This document shows, piece after piece, positions 9,148 to 17,427 of a DNA stretch of 52,407 bases. Where the stretch lies: the UHGV virus genome UHGV-0113213; one strand, 5' to 3'. Positions within the stretch are counted from its first letter, which is position 1. The number at the start of each line of letters is the position of its first letter. A model generated the notes under the pieces. The model had not been told where the DNA came from, searched no databases, and saw only the letters and a program-made list of their open reading frames with translations. Source of the DNA: a virus. A program made the translations under genes and the position numbers.

Positions 9148-9174
9148 TTTACGCGCTTCTACGCGAAAAATAAG
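9148..9174. repeat. conserved 27-nt hairpin element, copy 1 (copy 2 at 21418-21443)
   Basis: TTTACGCGCTTCTACGCGAAAAATAAG versus TTTACGCGTTGCTACGCGAAAAATAGA (23/27 identical). Can fold as TTT.CGCG-loop6-CGCG.AAA. Lies upstream of M on the minus strand. Confidence 0.6.
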
Positions 9175-9175
9175 A

Positions 9176-9192
9176 TCATTGTCACAATGATT
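9176..9192. promoter_or_regulatory. perfect 17-bp palindrome (candidate operator)
   Basis: ATCATTGTCACAATGAT has 8-bp arms around one central base. It sits immediately downstream of a minus-strand TATAAT (9190-9195). Confidence 0.35.
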
Positions 9193-9199
9193 ATAGCTA

Positions 9200-9242
9200 G
9201 TTTACAAAATGGCTTCACATAGCACGCAACAAGATGTATATA
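9200..9242 (+). promoter_or_regulatory. sigma70-type promoter of the 9283-9710 cassette
   Basis: GTTTACAAAATGG motif (9200-9212) abuts -35 TTCACA (9214-9219); 17-nt spacer; -10 TATATA (9237-9242). Confidence 0.6.
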
Positions 9243-9282
9243 GAAAGCAAGAAGAAAGTAGTACCAACGAAGGAGGCCCAAA

Positions 9283-9438
9283 ATGAAACGCTATGTAGTA
9301 GTAATGCTAAATAACGCATTCGAACAAGTGGAAATAGCAATCGTTAAGGGTTTCGACGACGCATTCAAATACGGTCAATTCATGATGAATGCGAAAGAAG
9401 ATGAATACCGGGACTTCTTCCTGAAGGCACTTAACTAA
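9283..9438 (+). CDS. hypothetical small protein
   Basis: 51 aa (below the track cutoff): MKRYVVVMLNNAFEQVEIAIVKGFDDAFKYGQFMMNAKEDEYRDFFLKALN. Strong SD AAGGAGG 7 nt upstream. Confidence 0.6.
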   Translation: MKRYVVVMLNNAFEQVEIAIVKGFDDAFKYGQFMMNAKEDEYRDFFLKALN

Positions 9439-9455
9439 GGATGATGGGGTGAGTT

Positions 9456-9710
9456 ATGAAACTGGTAGCGATTGACAGAAATCTGAAAGCACAGAAAAAC
9501 GCACAGGACCGGATCATCAAGAAAGGTAAGGAATTACTTAAAGCCTTTCTGAGAAAAGAAGTTTACCCCAAAAAGTTACGCGACGGTTACGGATACAAAA
9601 TGGATATCAATCTTGATTGGAGGCTGTTTAGCGAAGATTTGAAGGTTTGGTTAATTGTTGAGCACCGTGCCTATAACAAGTTATGTGGCGTGAAAGGCAC
9701 TCATAAGTGA
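9456..9710 (+). CDS. hypothetical basic protein
   Basis: 84 aa, Lys-rich. GGGGTGAG SD. Second gene of the cassette inserted between H and M. Confidence 0.6.
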   Translation: MKLVAIDRNLKAQKNAQDRIIKKGKELLKAFLRKEVYPKKLRDGYGYKMDINLDWRLFSEDLKVWLIVEHRAYNKLCGVKGTHK

Positions 9711-9765
9711 GTCGAGATATTCGAAAGGGGATATATCGCGCGGAATGGTCGTTTATAAATACGAA

Positions 9766-9800
9766 AAATAACCCCGGCATTGCACCGGGGTTTAGTTTAT
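9766..9800. terminator. bidirectional rho-independent terminator
   Basis: CCCCGG(9772-9777)...CCGGGG(9785-9790), flanked by AAAAATAA on the left and TTTAGTTTATTT on the right. Lies between the cassette end and the tape measure stop. Confidence 0.7.
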
Positions 9801-12139
9801 TTGCGGCGAGGTTGCAACATTCCGCCTGGTCTTTGAGATTCCCTTGTTATCATTTTCATGGCTACACGTTCCATTGTTAATTCAAGTCTGCGGCTGTCTT
9901 CGTCGCTGAATCCGTTCGTGGTCTGAATGCTGATACTGACAGGCATACTAATACCGCCACCGCCGCCAATATCACGGCCCGGAATAACTCTGCCGTTCTC
10001 GCCAGGGATCATATATTGATTGCCGTTAGATGTCTGGAATAGCTCCGGCCTGTTGTGTTCCCCTACGCGGTACATATTACCACCAATGACGCTACCACCA
10101 TTAAAGCGACCGCCGCCGAAAATTGACGTAGCCAGCGACATGATCGCAGTGAGCGCCGCCGAACCAGCCGCCGCCCAGCTACCGCCAGTTGACGCCGCAG
10201 TTGCCGCCGCTGCTGGGGCCGCCGCCGCAGCAATGCTTCCCTGAGCTGCTACCGCGCTTGCTGTTGTACTTGTTTGCGTGGCCTTGCTTTGTGTCTCCAT
10301 CATGATCTGATCTGCTATCCAGTTTGCAGCTATGTCTGAGAGTCTGTTACCGATATTGCCGAGTATATTGCTTCCTAAGTTAGCAAAAACATCACTCAAT
10401 GATTGAGTGCCGTTTAACAGGCCAACAAGCGCATTACTCATTCCGCCTTTAAGGCCATTAACACAATCACCGATAAGGCCGTTTGTGTCGCTTTGCGCCT
10501 GCCATTGTTCCCATTTCAGATCGCGGATCTGTTGCTCATAGGCTAACAATTCCTGTTTCTGTTGCGCTTCAGTAGCGCCCAGGTCTATAAGCATTTGCTT
10601 ACGGATGGCCCATTCATTTTGCGCCTGCTGGATGGGGTCAACTTCGCCTTTTAGCTGATCCATCGGGCTTACTATTTGTGACCATTTATCACGCAATTCA
10701 TCTACCGGAATTTGTGCTAATTCTTCTTTCAGTTCCTTGCCGATCCCTTTTTGCGCGGCGCGGTACTCAAGGAGCGTGATTTTACCCTGGGCAAATGCAG
10801 CATCAATGGCCTTGCCGTTCTCCAACGCTTTGCGCATGGCGGCGGCGTCTTTGTTGTACTGATCAGAAACGCTTATACCTTTGTCACCAAGCCGATCAGC
10901 TTCCGATTTCTTCTCTTTTTTCTGTTTTTTCGGCTTGTCTACTGGCTTGTCGAATCCGGTAATCGCTCCGTCATTGGCAGCATTCTGTTCATTTTTCCTT
11001 GCTTCTTCTGTAGCCTGGATTGCTGCGGTCAGATCATCCTGTAGTTGCATGACCTTGCCAACGGTCTTCCCGTATTTCTTCTCGTAGTTGCTGTTATATT
11101 CGTCGGTTTGCTCTCCTACTACCTCCTTCATCCATTTATAGCCATCCATTAGCGCCTTGATTGGCGTCACCATTGCGATGATCTTCTCTGCCACCTCTCC
11201 AGCCTTAACAGCCACATCATCAAACATGTCGATAAATTCGCTACCAGCCGTTTTGAGTGTGTCGAAGCAGGTTTTAGCGAATTTAGCGCCATCGCCAAGC
11301 CCTTTAACGCCTTTCGTGATCAAGTCGATAGCTGAAACAACGCCATCTGACACGCCAAAAAGATCATCCAACTGCTCAACAAGGCCCATAATTTCTACTT
11401 TAAGCTCATTGATAGCCATGCCGGATGTGCGCGGCAACTGAGCAAACTTATCGTTTGTTTCCTGCGTAGCCGCCTGTATTGCGTTAACCATCCTTTCAGC
11501 CGTGATCTTGCCGTCCAGCATTTCGGCGCGGAACTGGCCCATTGATAATCCCATATGGCGGGCCATTGTTTGTACGATGGTCGGCGTATTTTCAAGCAGG
11601 CTGTTAAATTCTTCGGCACGAAGAACACCGCCGTCGATAGACTGACGGAATTGACGCATTGAGTTAGACATCTGTTCCGCTGACGCGCCGCCTAATGCAC
11701 CCATTTTCTGAATAGTGCCAACCAGGTTAAGCAATTGCCCTTCCGTAGCGGAGGTGTTTTTTAGTGAGATAGCCAGGCCTTGCCATAATTCGCCAGTATC
11801 TTTCAGGCTCTGCCCCGTCTCCCTGGATATTGCTTTCAGGCCGTCGAAAACCCGTCCGGCGGACTCCGCATCGCCCGTAAGCATTTTGATTTTTACGCGA
11901 AGCATTTTTGCTTGCTCCGCCATATCCATAAATTGGCGCACAGCCTCCGCAGCAATTAGCAGATGGATAACCCTGGTCAGTGCCTTGATGGATGTTTTCA
12001 GGGTGTTTACCTGGCGGTCAGCCTGTTTTGCGCCGCGCTCTATACGATCAAAGGCCTGGTCTGCCTGTCGTTGTGCAACGAGAAGTTGACCAGTTTTCGC
12101 ATCAACTTCGTAATAAATTGTACCTACACTGGTAGCCAT
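9797..12139 (-). CDS. H: tail tape measure protein
   Basis: 780 aa. Long alpha-helical, Ala/Gln/Gly-rich, with a Gly/Ala-rich hydrophobic segment near the C-terminus. Position between the chaperone and M. Confidence 0.9.
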   Translation of the reverse strand: MATSVGTIYYEVDAKTGQLLVAQRQADQAFDRIERGAKQADRQVNTLKTSIKALTRVIHLLIAAEAVRQFMDMAEQAKMLRVKIKMLTGDAESAGRVFDGLKAISRETGQSLKDTGELWQGLAISLKNTSATEGQLLNLVGTIQKMGALGGASAEQMSNSMRQFRQSIDGGVLRAEEFNSLLENTPTIVQTMARHMGLSMGQFRAEMLDGKITAERMVNAIQAATQETNDKFAQLPRTSGMAINELKVEIMGLVEQLDDLFGVSDGVVSAIDLITKGVKGLGDGAKFAKTCFDTLKTAGSEFIDMFDDVAVKAGEVAEKIIAMVTPIKALMDGYKWMKEVVGEQTDEYNSNYEKKYGKTVGKVMQLQDDLTAAIQATEEARKNEQNAANDGAITGFDKPVDKPKKQKKEKKSEADRLGDKGISVSDQYNKDAAAMRKALENGKAIDAAFAQGKITLLEYRAAQKGIGKELKEELAQIPVDELRDKWSQIVSPMDQLKGEVDPIQQAQNEWAIRKQMLIDLGATEAQQKQELLAYEQQIRDLKWEQWQAQSDTNGLIGDCVNGLKGGMSNALVGLLNGTQSLSDVFANLGSNILGNIGNRLSDIAANWIADQIMMETQSKATQTSTTASAVAAQGSIAAAAAPAAAATAASTGGSWAAAGSAALTAIMSLATSIFGGGRFNGGSVIGGNMYRVGEHNRPELFQTSNGNQYMIPGENGRVIPGRDIGGGGGISMPVSISIQTTNGFSDEDSRRLELTMERVAMKMITRESQRPGGMLQPRRK

Positions 12140-12159
12140 GATTTAACCTCATGCAAAAA

Positions 12160-12221
12160 TGTGATCTGTGTATCTATTTTATACAAAATGGCTTTACTTC
12201 AACGACTCCATTTTGTATAAG
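12160..12221. promoter_or_regulatory. back-to-back divergent promoters built on a perfect 13-bp inverted repeat
   Basis: TGTGATCTGTGT (12160-12171). TTATACAAAATGG (12179-12191), 16-nt spacer, CCATTTTGTATAA (12208-12220). Plus strand: -35 TTTACT (12193-12198), 17 nt, -10 TATAAG (12216-12221). Minus strand: -10 TATAAA (12178-12183) facing H. Confidence 0.6.
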
Positions 12222-12266
12222 GAAGCTAAAGGGAATGGTCAGTAAATCAAGTTAGCGTGGTGGGTT

Positions 12267-12926
12267 ATGAAACGGTTAGCAAAAGTGGCAATGATTGCGG
12301 CGGTATTGGGTCTGGTTGGTTGCAATGAGGATAATGAAAAAGCGCCTATAGTGACCAATCAAGAGCAACAAGCATTAGTAGAGAAAAATGCTAAATGGCT
12401 TGCAGAACAACAAGCAAAACAAGCCGCATACGATGCACAGTTAGAAAAAGAAAATGCTGGTAAACAGTGGCTTGTAGTTGAAAGAAAAGATGATATGCAG
12501 GACGCAAAAAACGTATTCCTTTTTGTGAAAGCAGAACAATTCAGCGGAAGTCTTGATGCTTTCCCGACACTGAAGGCACAGGATAAGAATAAACCGGTAT
12601 TAACAATCGCTTGCCAGGGTAATAAAACAAAAATGTTCGTAGCATGGTCACACCATGTAACTGACGCCGGGGACACTACTTATATTAACTACCGGATCGG
12701 CGTTCACAAAGCTGTAGCTACTGAGTGGTGGCGGTCAACTAATTATAAAGCTCTTGGATTATGGGACGGCAAAAAAGCCATCCCAATGATTAAAAAACTG
12801 GTTAACGAAAAACAATTCATCATTGAAGTAGTGCCGGAAGCTGGCGACATTGAGAAAGCAGTGTTTAACATTGATGGTCTTTATAACCACATCGACAAAG
12901 TGAAAAACGCTTGCAACTGGAATTAA
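12267..12926 (+). CDS. lipoprotein (moron)
   Basis: 219 aa. MKRLAKVAMIAAVLGLVG|C lipobox. Gln/Ala/Lys-rich linker followed by a globular domain. Confidence 0.8.
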   Translation: MKRLAKVAMIAAVLGLVGCNEDNEKAPIVTNQEQQALVEKNAKWLAEQQAKQAAYDAQLEKENAGKQWLVVERKDDMQDAKNVFLFVKAEQFSGSLDAFPTLKAQDKNKPVLTIACQGNKTKMFVAWSHHVTDAGDTTYINYRIGVHKAVATEWWRSTNYKALGLWDGKKAIPMIKKLVNEKQFIIEVVPEAGDIEKAVFNIDGLYNHIDKVKNACNWN

Positions 12927-12936
12927 GGGGTAAATC

Positions 12937-13311
12937 ATGAAAAAAATAATCAAAGCGGTTCTCATTGGTGTTATGGCTTTAGCTCTTACAGGGTGCGCAA
13001 GATCAACTGATTTCGTTAAGTTAGCTGATAAAAATTTGCAAGTTGGAATGACTTGTGAGCAAGTGAATAAAATAATGGGGGAACCACAAAGAATCGAGCA
13101 TGACGGTAATTATAGTTATCACGTATGGTATTCAGTAACCAGCACGATAGGATTTACTTACATGGATGTTGAAGAATTATCCCCTTCAAGGGTTATCGCA
13201 AAGTTTGATAACTGCATCCTAAAAGAATGGAAAGATCGCAGTAAGGCAAAGTCTGTATACAATACAATCACACACAGTTCACCAGGTACAGCAATTAAAG
13301 ATTTCAATTAG
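12937..13311 (+). CDS. lipoprotein with a BamE/SmpA-OmlA-like fold signature
   Basis: 124 aa. MKKIIKAVLIGVMALALTG|C lipobox. LQVGMTCEQVNKIMGEPQ resembles the BamE-type motif (recalled). Confidence 0.7.
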   Translation: MKKIIKAVLIGVMALALTGCARSTDFVKLADKNLQVGMTCEQVNKIMGEPQRIEHDGNYSYHVWYSVTSTIGFTYMDVEELSPSRVIAKFDNCILKEWKDRSKAKSVYNTITHSSPGTAIKDFN

Positions 13312-14011
13312 CAAAACGCCCGGATCTACCGGGCTTTTCTTGCTCACGATTTTTCATTCTTTCTAGTGCCTTTTTAGCGGCCTCCATTTGCTCGTCATAA
13401 GCACGTTTATTTATGTGAATGTTTGGCTTGCTTTTCTCGTTTCTTTCGTCTGGCGGCGTTTTAGCGCGTACAGCGGCCCTATATCCGGTCATTGTCATAT
13501 TCCATGCTTCCGATTCTGACAAGCCCAGGTGAGCAACGGCAGAATAGACGAATTCAAGGACGTTAAAAGTCGGCTTATATTCCCCTTCCGGGATTTCCCC
13601 GGACTCTTCTTCCGGGCCATCACCAATAAGACCGTGGTACATGCAGTGCTGCGCAAGCGTGATGATATCCTCGATCGGCATTAATCCGGGCTTTAACTTT
13701 AACTTACCCGAAGGAGTAAACCAGCATTCGCCCAATAACGGGCCTATTTCGTCGTCTGAGCAACATTTCAGGATGTGCATTGATGTCTGAACTATTTCAC
13801 CATAACACCGCGCCAGAATGCGATTGCGTAGGTCTGGATCTGCTGGCAATCGTGATGGATATTTGCCGCCGTGGATAAGTGCGAAATATTCGACAAGCTC
13901 ACTATCGTTGCCGATTTTAGCCATCGCAGCAAAGCAAGGATTAAACTCATAGCGCTTACCGTTCACCACGGCAGCAAATTGTCCTGTACGAACATGGATC
14001 ATAGTATTCAC
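13304..14011 (-). CDS. tail assembly chaperone (G/GT-equivalent position)
   Basis: 235 aa, located between the tail tube and tape measure genes. Acidic middle, basic C-terminus. A single continuous ORF; I could not find a convincing slippery site. Confidence 0.5.
   Translation of the reverse strand: MNTMIHVRTGQFAAVVNGKRYEFNPCFAAMAKIGNDSELVEYFALIHGGKYPSRLPADPDLRNRILARCYGEIVQTSMHILKCCSDDEIGPLLGECWFTPSGKLKLKPGLMPIEDIITLAQHCMYHGLIGDGPEEESGEIPEGEYKPTFNVLEFVYSAVAHLGLSESEAWNMTMTGYRAAVRAKTPPDERNEKSKPNIHINKRAYDEQMEAAKKALERMKNREQEKPGRSGRFAN
13315..13342 (+). terminator. rho-independent terminator of the lipoprotein cassette
   Basis: GCCCGG(13318-13323) ATCTA CCGGGC(13329-13334) followed by TTTTCTTG. 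Embedded in the 3' end of the convergent minus-strand ORF. Confidence 0.7.
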
Positions 14012-14013
14012 CT

Positions 14014-14040
14014 TAAAAGAAAAGGGGCCAAATGGCCCCG
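14014..14040 (-). terminator. rho-independent terminator after the major tail gene
   Basis: GGGGCC(14024-14029) AAAT GGCCCC(14034-14039), followed on the minus strand by TTTTCTTTT. Confidence 0.75.
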
Positions 14041-14057
14041 ATTGTTAATATTGGCTG

Positions 14058-14534
14058 TTATGCTGGCGGAACGTCGCCTACCGTTACCTTGCCAGCGCTT
14101 TCGCACTCAATAGACCAGGTGGAAACATCATCATGCGGATCTTCTTCTTTAAAGGAAGTGCAAAGGAATGGGCCTTCAGTTACGTCTACAGGAGAAACGA
14201 TCTTCAGCCATACATAAGGTTGTGATCCGGTGGTTTCACCTGGCGTAATTACGTGGCGTTTCAGCGCTTTCTGATTATGGATTTCTTCAGTGCGGGACAC
14301 ACCGTCGCCGGAGAAAGAAACGGATTTGTAAGTAACCATTGATTCTTTCGTGTAATCGGCTGATTTATCGGCGGTGGCGTCAGCGGTTTCCCATTCAACG
14401 GAAAGTGTTTTACCACGCATCATGCCTAACGCTTTGTACGCTTCAGCTTCCGGCTTCGCATTTGGACAAGCGATAGCGAAGAATACAGCAACGTCACGGC
14501 CTGTAAACGTGCCTTTTTCGCAAGTCTGAGACAT
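14058..14534 (-). CDS. major tail (tube) protein
   Basis: 158 aa. Position, size and a strong downstream terminator. Resembles TP901-1/phi13-type tail tube proteins (recalled, not searched). Confidence 0.7.
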   Translation of the reverse strand: MSQTCEKGTFTGRDVAVFFAIACPNAKPEAEAYKALGMMRGKTLSVEWETADATADKSADYTKESMVTYKSVSFSGDGVSRTEEIHNQKALKRHVITPGETTGSQPYVWLKIVSPVDVTEGPFLCTSFKEEDPHDDVSTWSIECESAGKVTVGDVPPA

Positions 14535-14547
14535 GTTTAGTTACCTC

Positions 14548-14934
14548 TTATCTGGATATTATGGTTTGAAAAGCTACGGTAAAAATAAAGCGCCCTTCTC
14601 TCGTCTGCATTGCGGGAATAGCGCCAACTGGCTTCATGTGTGTAATTTTATCAGTTTTATACTCGGTTATCATACTTTGACGTATTGCGTCGGCGAGGTC
14701 TTCCACTTCACTAATATTTGCATCGTTACGCGCTGAAATAACCAGGATGCGAAAATAGTCACGGGTTATCGCCTCTTCTCCCGCCGCGCCGCCGTTTTGC
14801 TGTATGACAATATATCTGCTGTTATTCGAATTGGATCGCTCATTCCAGAAACGGGCCTGCAAAATATAACCTTCGTCGTACCCGTGGGATTTAATCCAAT
14901 CCCTTATTTCGTCGTAAACCTCGCTGCGTTTCAT
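14548..14934 (-). CDS. tail terminator / tail completion protein (by position)
   Basis: 128 aa, immediately upstream of the tube gene and translationally coupled to the upstream gene. Confidence 0.45.
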   Translation of the reverse strand: MKRSEVYDEIRDWIKSHGYDEGYILQARFWNERSNSNNSRYIVIQQNGGAAGEEAITRDYFRILVISARNDANISEVEDLADAIRQSMITEYKTDKITHMKPVGAIPAMQTREGRFIFTVAFQTIISR

Positions 14935-15371
14935 GTCTTGTAACCTTCTATAATCGTTTTATAAATATCGTCTGCGTTATCTGGTTCCTCGAATGCTTTG
15001 CGCAAAAATTCAGGCTCCGCGTTCGGATCCCAGTAATTACCCTTACCAGTACCGCCGCCAAATTCGACGCCTTCTCTGGTTTTACCGAAATGTTCGCGCG
15101 GCTGGCCTTTTAATGTGCCCGGCATGTCATGCACCCATTCAGCGTAGCGGGCGGTATAACCCAGACGTAATTGCATACCCTCAGGAGTGTCACCTATATA
15201 CTGGAATTGACTGTTAATTAAAAAACCAGTATCGATCGGCGTCATATTTGCAGCAAATCCACCAGCAACAAGCCCCACTCGCCATAATACATCGTGCGTT
15301 TTTCTGTCTGTAATTTCCTTTAGCTCCTGCTTCAATCGCTCCCTGACGCGTTTAACGCCCTTAATAGGCAT
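14931..15371 (-). CDS. HK97 gp10-like head-tail joining protein
   Basis: 146 aa. YTARYAEWVHD and general layout recall the HK97 gp10 family. Position in the connector module. Confidence 0.55.
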   Translation of the reverse strand: MPIKGVKRVRERLKQELKEITDRKTHDVLWRVGLVAGGFAANMTPIDTGFLINSQFQYIGDTPEGMQLRLGYTARYAEWVHDMPGTLKGQPREHFGKTREGVEFGGGTGKGNYWDPNAEPEFLRKAFEEPDNADDIYKTIIEGYKT

Positions 15372-15373
15372 AA

Positions 15374-15763
15374 TTAACCCCCTGTTACGATCTTATAATC
15401 CGGCGTGTCGTTAAACATGCTCATGTCCCATTCAACGATTCCGGTTATAAAGTTGGCCCCAGCCGCCAGCGGGTCGGAAATAGCAGTAGTGTCACCAGTG
15501 GCAAGCATCCATCCTTTTTCAGGGAGCTGCACTGGCTGCATCTTGTGAAGCAGTTCGGTATATACGGTTATCGTGTTGCTAACCTCATTCCCGTTTGCGT
15601 CTGTTGCGGTTCCGTCAGTACGCTCCCATGCACAATCTACCAGGTATGGCGCACCGTATACGTCGGAGTTTGTCCAGTCGTCACGCGTTACGGGGTAAAT
15701 GGTGGCTAATGCCTTGTAACTGAATCTCGCGATCTTACTCATAGCCATAGCTCCATTTAACAA
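15374..15763 (-). CDS. head-tail connector/closure protein (by position)
   Basis: 129 aa. The true start may be an internal Met (15748 or 15742) just after the upstream stop at 15735. Confidence 0.4.
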   Translation of the reverse strand: MLNGAMAMSKIARFSYKALATIYPVTRDDWTNSDVYGAPYLVDCAWERTDGTATDANGNEVSNTITVYTELLHKMQPVQLPEKGWMLATGDTTAISDPLAAGANFITGIVEWDMSMFNDTPDYKIVTGG

Positions 15764-15920
15764 TTTTCGGATGGGTTTTCGCCACGCGCGGGCAAAGAAT
15801 TACCCATTCGCCAGCATCATTGAGGTAGGCGGCTACCTGTCGCCCGGTGTCTGTCTTCACCCATACGCGGGTAAACAGTTTCGGCAATAACGGATCCGGT
15901 AATGTCAGGTCGTTCCACAT
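15735..15920 (-). CDS. hypothetical small structural-module protein
   Basis: 61 aa, tightly packed between connector genes. Confidence 0.45.
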   Translation of the reverse strand: MWNDLTLPDPLLPKLFTRVWVKTDTGRQVAAYLNDAGEWVILCPRVAKTHPKIVKWSYGYE

Positions 15921-15922
15921 TG

Positions 15923-16309
15923 TTACATCCTCCCACTTTTACCTATCCAAAGCCCTGCGTGCGCGGTGTTTTCTGGATCTGCTGGAATCAGTTCGGCTGT
16001 ACAGTGATGTTTATCAATGGAGTAAAGCAACGAATAGGCCGCCTTCCATCGTTTGTTGAAATCGACATAGCGGTATGACTGACTCGCACCGTTCGGCCCA
16101 GTCTGCGAGGAAACGTATTTATCAGCCTGGCTTAGTCCTAACAGGCCAATCAGATAAAGCTGAATCAATGTTGCAGTGGAGGCCGGATAGTTGGCATCAA
16201 GGCATTCATTAACGCTATTTGCCTGCTCCACCAGCAAAGATAAGATAATGTCTGGCAGGTCAATACCCTGGCTTTCAAGATATTCCCGCGCCTGTTCTGT
16301 AGTGACCAT
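15923..16309 (-). CDS. head-tail connector (gp6-like) protein
   Basis: 128 aa from the ATG at 16309 (GGAG SD). The track ORF extends to 16345, across the capsid terminator. First gene after the capsid gene. Confidence 0.5.
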   Translation of the reverse strand: MVTTEQAREYLESQGIDLPDIILSLLVEQANSVNECLDANYPASTATLIQLYLIGLLGLSQADKYVSSQTGPNGASQSYRYVDFNKRWKAAYSLLYSIDKHHCTAELIPADPENTAHAGLWIGKSGRM

Positions 16310-16327
16310 TTTGTTTGCTCCACATAC

Positions 16328-16356
16328 AAAAAAAATCCCCGGCATCGCGCCGGGGA
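16328..16356 (-). terminator. rho-independent terminator after the major capsid gene
   Basis: CCCCGGC(16337-16343)...GCCGGGG(16349-16355), followed on the minus strand by ATTTTTTTT. Confidence 0.75.
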
Positions 16357-16374
16357 GTTACAGGAAATACGAAA

Positions 16375-17427
16375 TTATTTGTGACCGTAAACAACACCGG
16401 AACGGCCCAGCATGTCGCAGGTGATTTGTAAGCCTTCGGCAGACATGATTTTGAAGTTGTAGTTATCGGTAGGCATGGTGCGCGGCAGAGGCACTACGCC
16501 AGTAGTCATACCAACCAGCGGGGTAATGACGTTGCGGCGGCGTTGATAGGCAATGAACTCGTTGCCTTTCAGTGCATAGGTCTGACGGATTTCTTTAACC
16601 GGAATGAACGGTTTAACGATATTCAGAACACTGCCTACGACAGTCCCGTTTGCAATGTGCGGCGCTGCCAGGTTAGCCATAATTTCAGGTGACACCCACA
16701 TGAGATCATACTGGTCAACGCGGTTGTTGCGGGCCATAACACCGAATGCACCAGTGGTGAAGAATTTGATGAGAGCATCGAATCCGTCAGTGGTGAGATC
16801 TTCGGAGGTCATGACTAGTTGCTGGGTATTGCGGTGATTTTTAATACCCTGGCCAGGTTTACCGTTGACGTTGATTTTTGCGTTACCGTTAAGGTAATAA
16901 TCAACGCGGGCCTTGTTGAATTTTTGCAGTTTCAGGCGCTGGCTATCCAGTGCAAGGTCAATACCAACAGTTTTCAGACCTTCGGAATGACGCCAGCTGA
17001 CACCGTAACCCGCTGCGAACATCGGGATCGGGTCGCCATCGCTGCCATATTCAGTGTGATCGAAGCCATGCGGGGCTTGACCATCGATACTAACGACAAC
17101 TTCATCGTTAATATCACCGGATACGCTGTACATTTTCTCGGTTTTACCGATTGGCAATACGGTTTGCACAGCCATCAAATCGTTTACGATTTCAATACCA
17201 GTCTCTTCGGTGCTCATTTCGATAATCTGGTTATCGACAGCTTTCCAGAACTCCTGATCGAAGCCGCCAACGGCATTACATGCCAGGATGTCAGCGGTCA
17301 TGTTTGCCATATTTGCGGCAATAAGAGCGCCGTCCTGATCATTGAACATGTTGCGCTGCGCCCAAAGGTGATCCCACTGGGCACGAATGCGGCTGTTGGT
17401 AGCAAGGTTGTGTTTATTAAACAACAT
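16375..17427 (-). CDS. major capsid protein (DUF2184-type coat protein)
   Basis: 350 aa. Position after the scaffold and decoration genes, with a strong terminator. Family assignment is recalled from the co-occurrence of DUF2213 scaffold and DUF2184 coat. Confidence 0.75.
   Translation of the reverse strand: MLFNKHNLATNSRIRAQWDHLWAQRNMFNDQDGALIAANMANMTADILACNAVGGFDQEFWKAVDNQIIEMSTEETGIEIVNDLMAVQTVLPIGKTEKMYSVSGDINDEVVVSIDGQAPHGFDHTEYGSDGDPIPMFAAGYGVSWRHSEGLKTVGIDLALDSQRLKLQKFNKARVDYYLNGNAKINVNGKPGQGIKNHRNTQQLVMTSEDLTTDGFDALIKFFTTGAFGVMARNNRVDQYDLMWVSPEIMANLAAPHIANGTVVGSVLNIVKPFIPVKEIRQTYALKGNEFIAYQRRRNVITPLVGMTTGVVPLPRTMPTDNYNFKIMSAEGLQITCDMLGRSGVVYGHK

Noticed and set aside
10020-12220. Several plus-strand ORFs antisense to the tape measure gene (10020..10244, 10751..11087, 11157..11441, 11715..12089, 11963..12220)
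   Set aside because: They are low-complexity translations opposite a long, well-supported gene. They have no start signals and overlap one another in different frames.
13304-14011. Programmed -1 frameshift expected in the tail assembly chaperone (G/GT)
   Set aside because: The ORF is continuous at 235 aa. The only GGGAAAT-like string (around 13585) is not in the X_XXY_YYZ register of the reading frame, so no frameshift is claimed.
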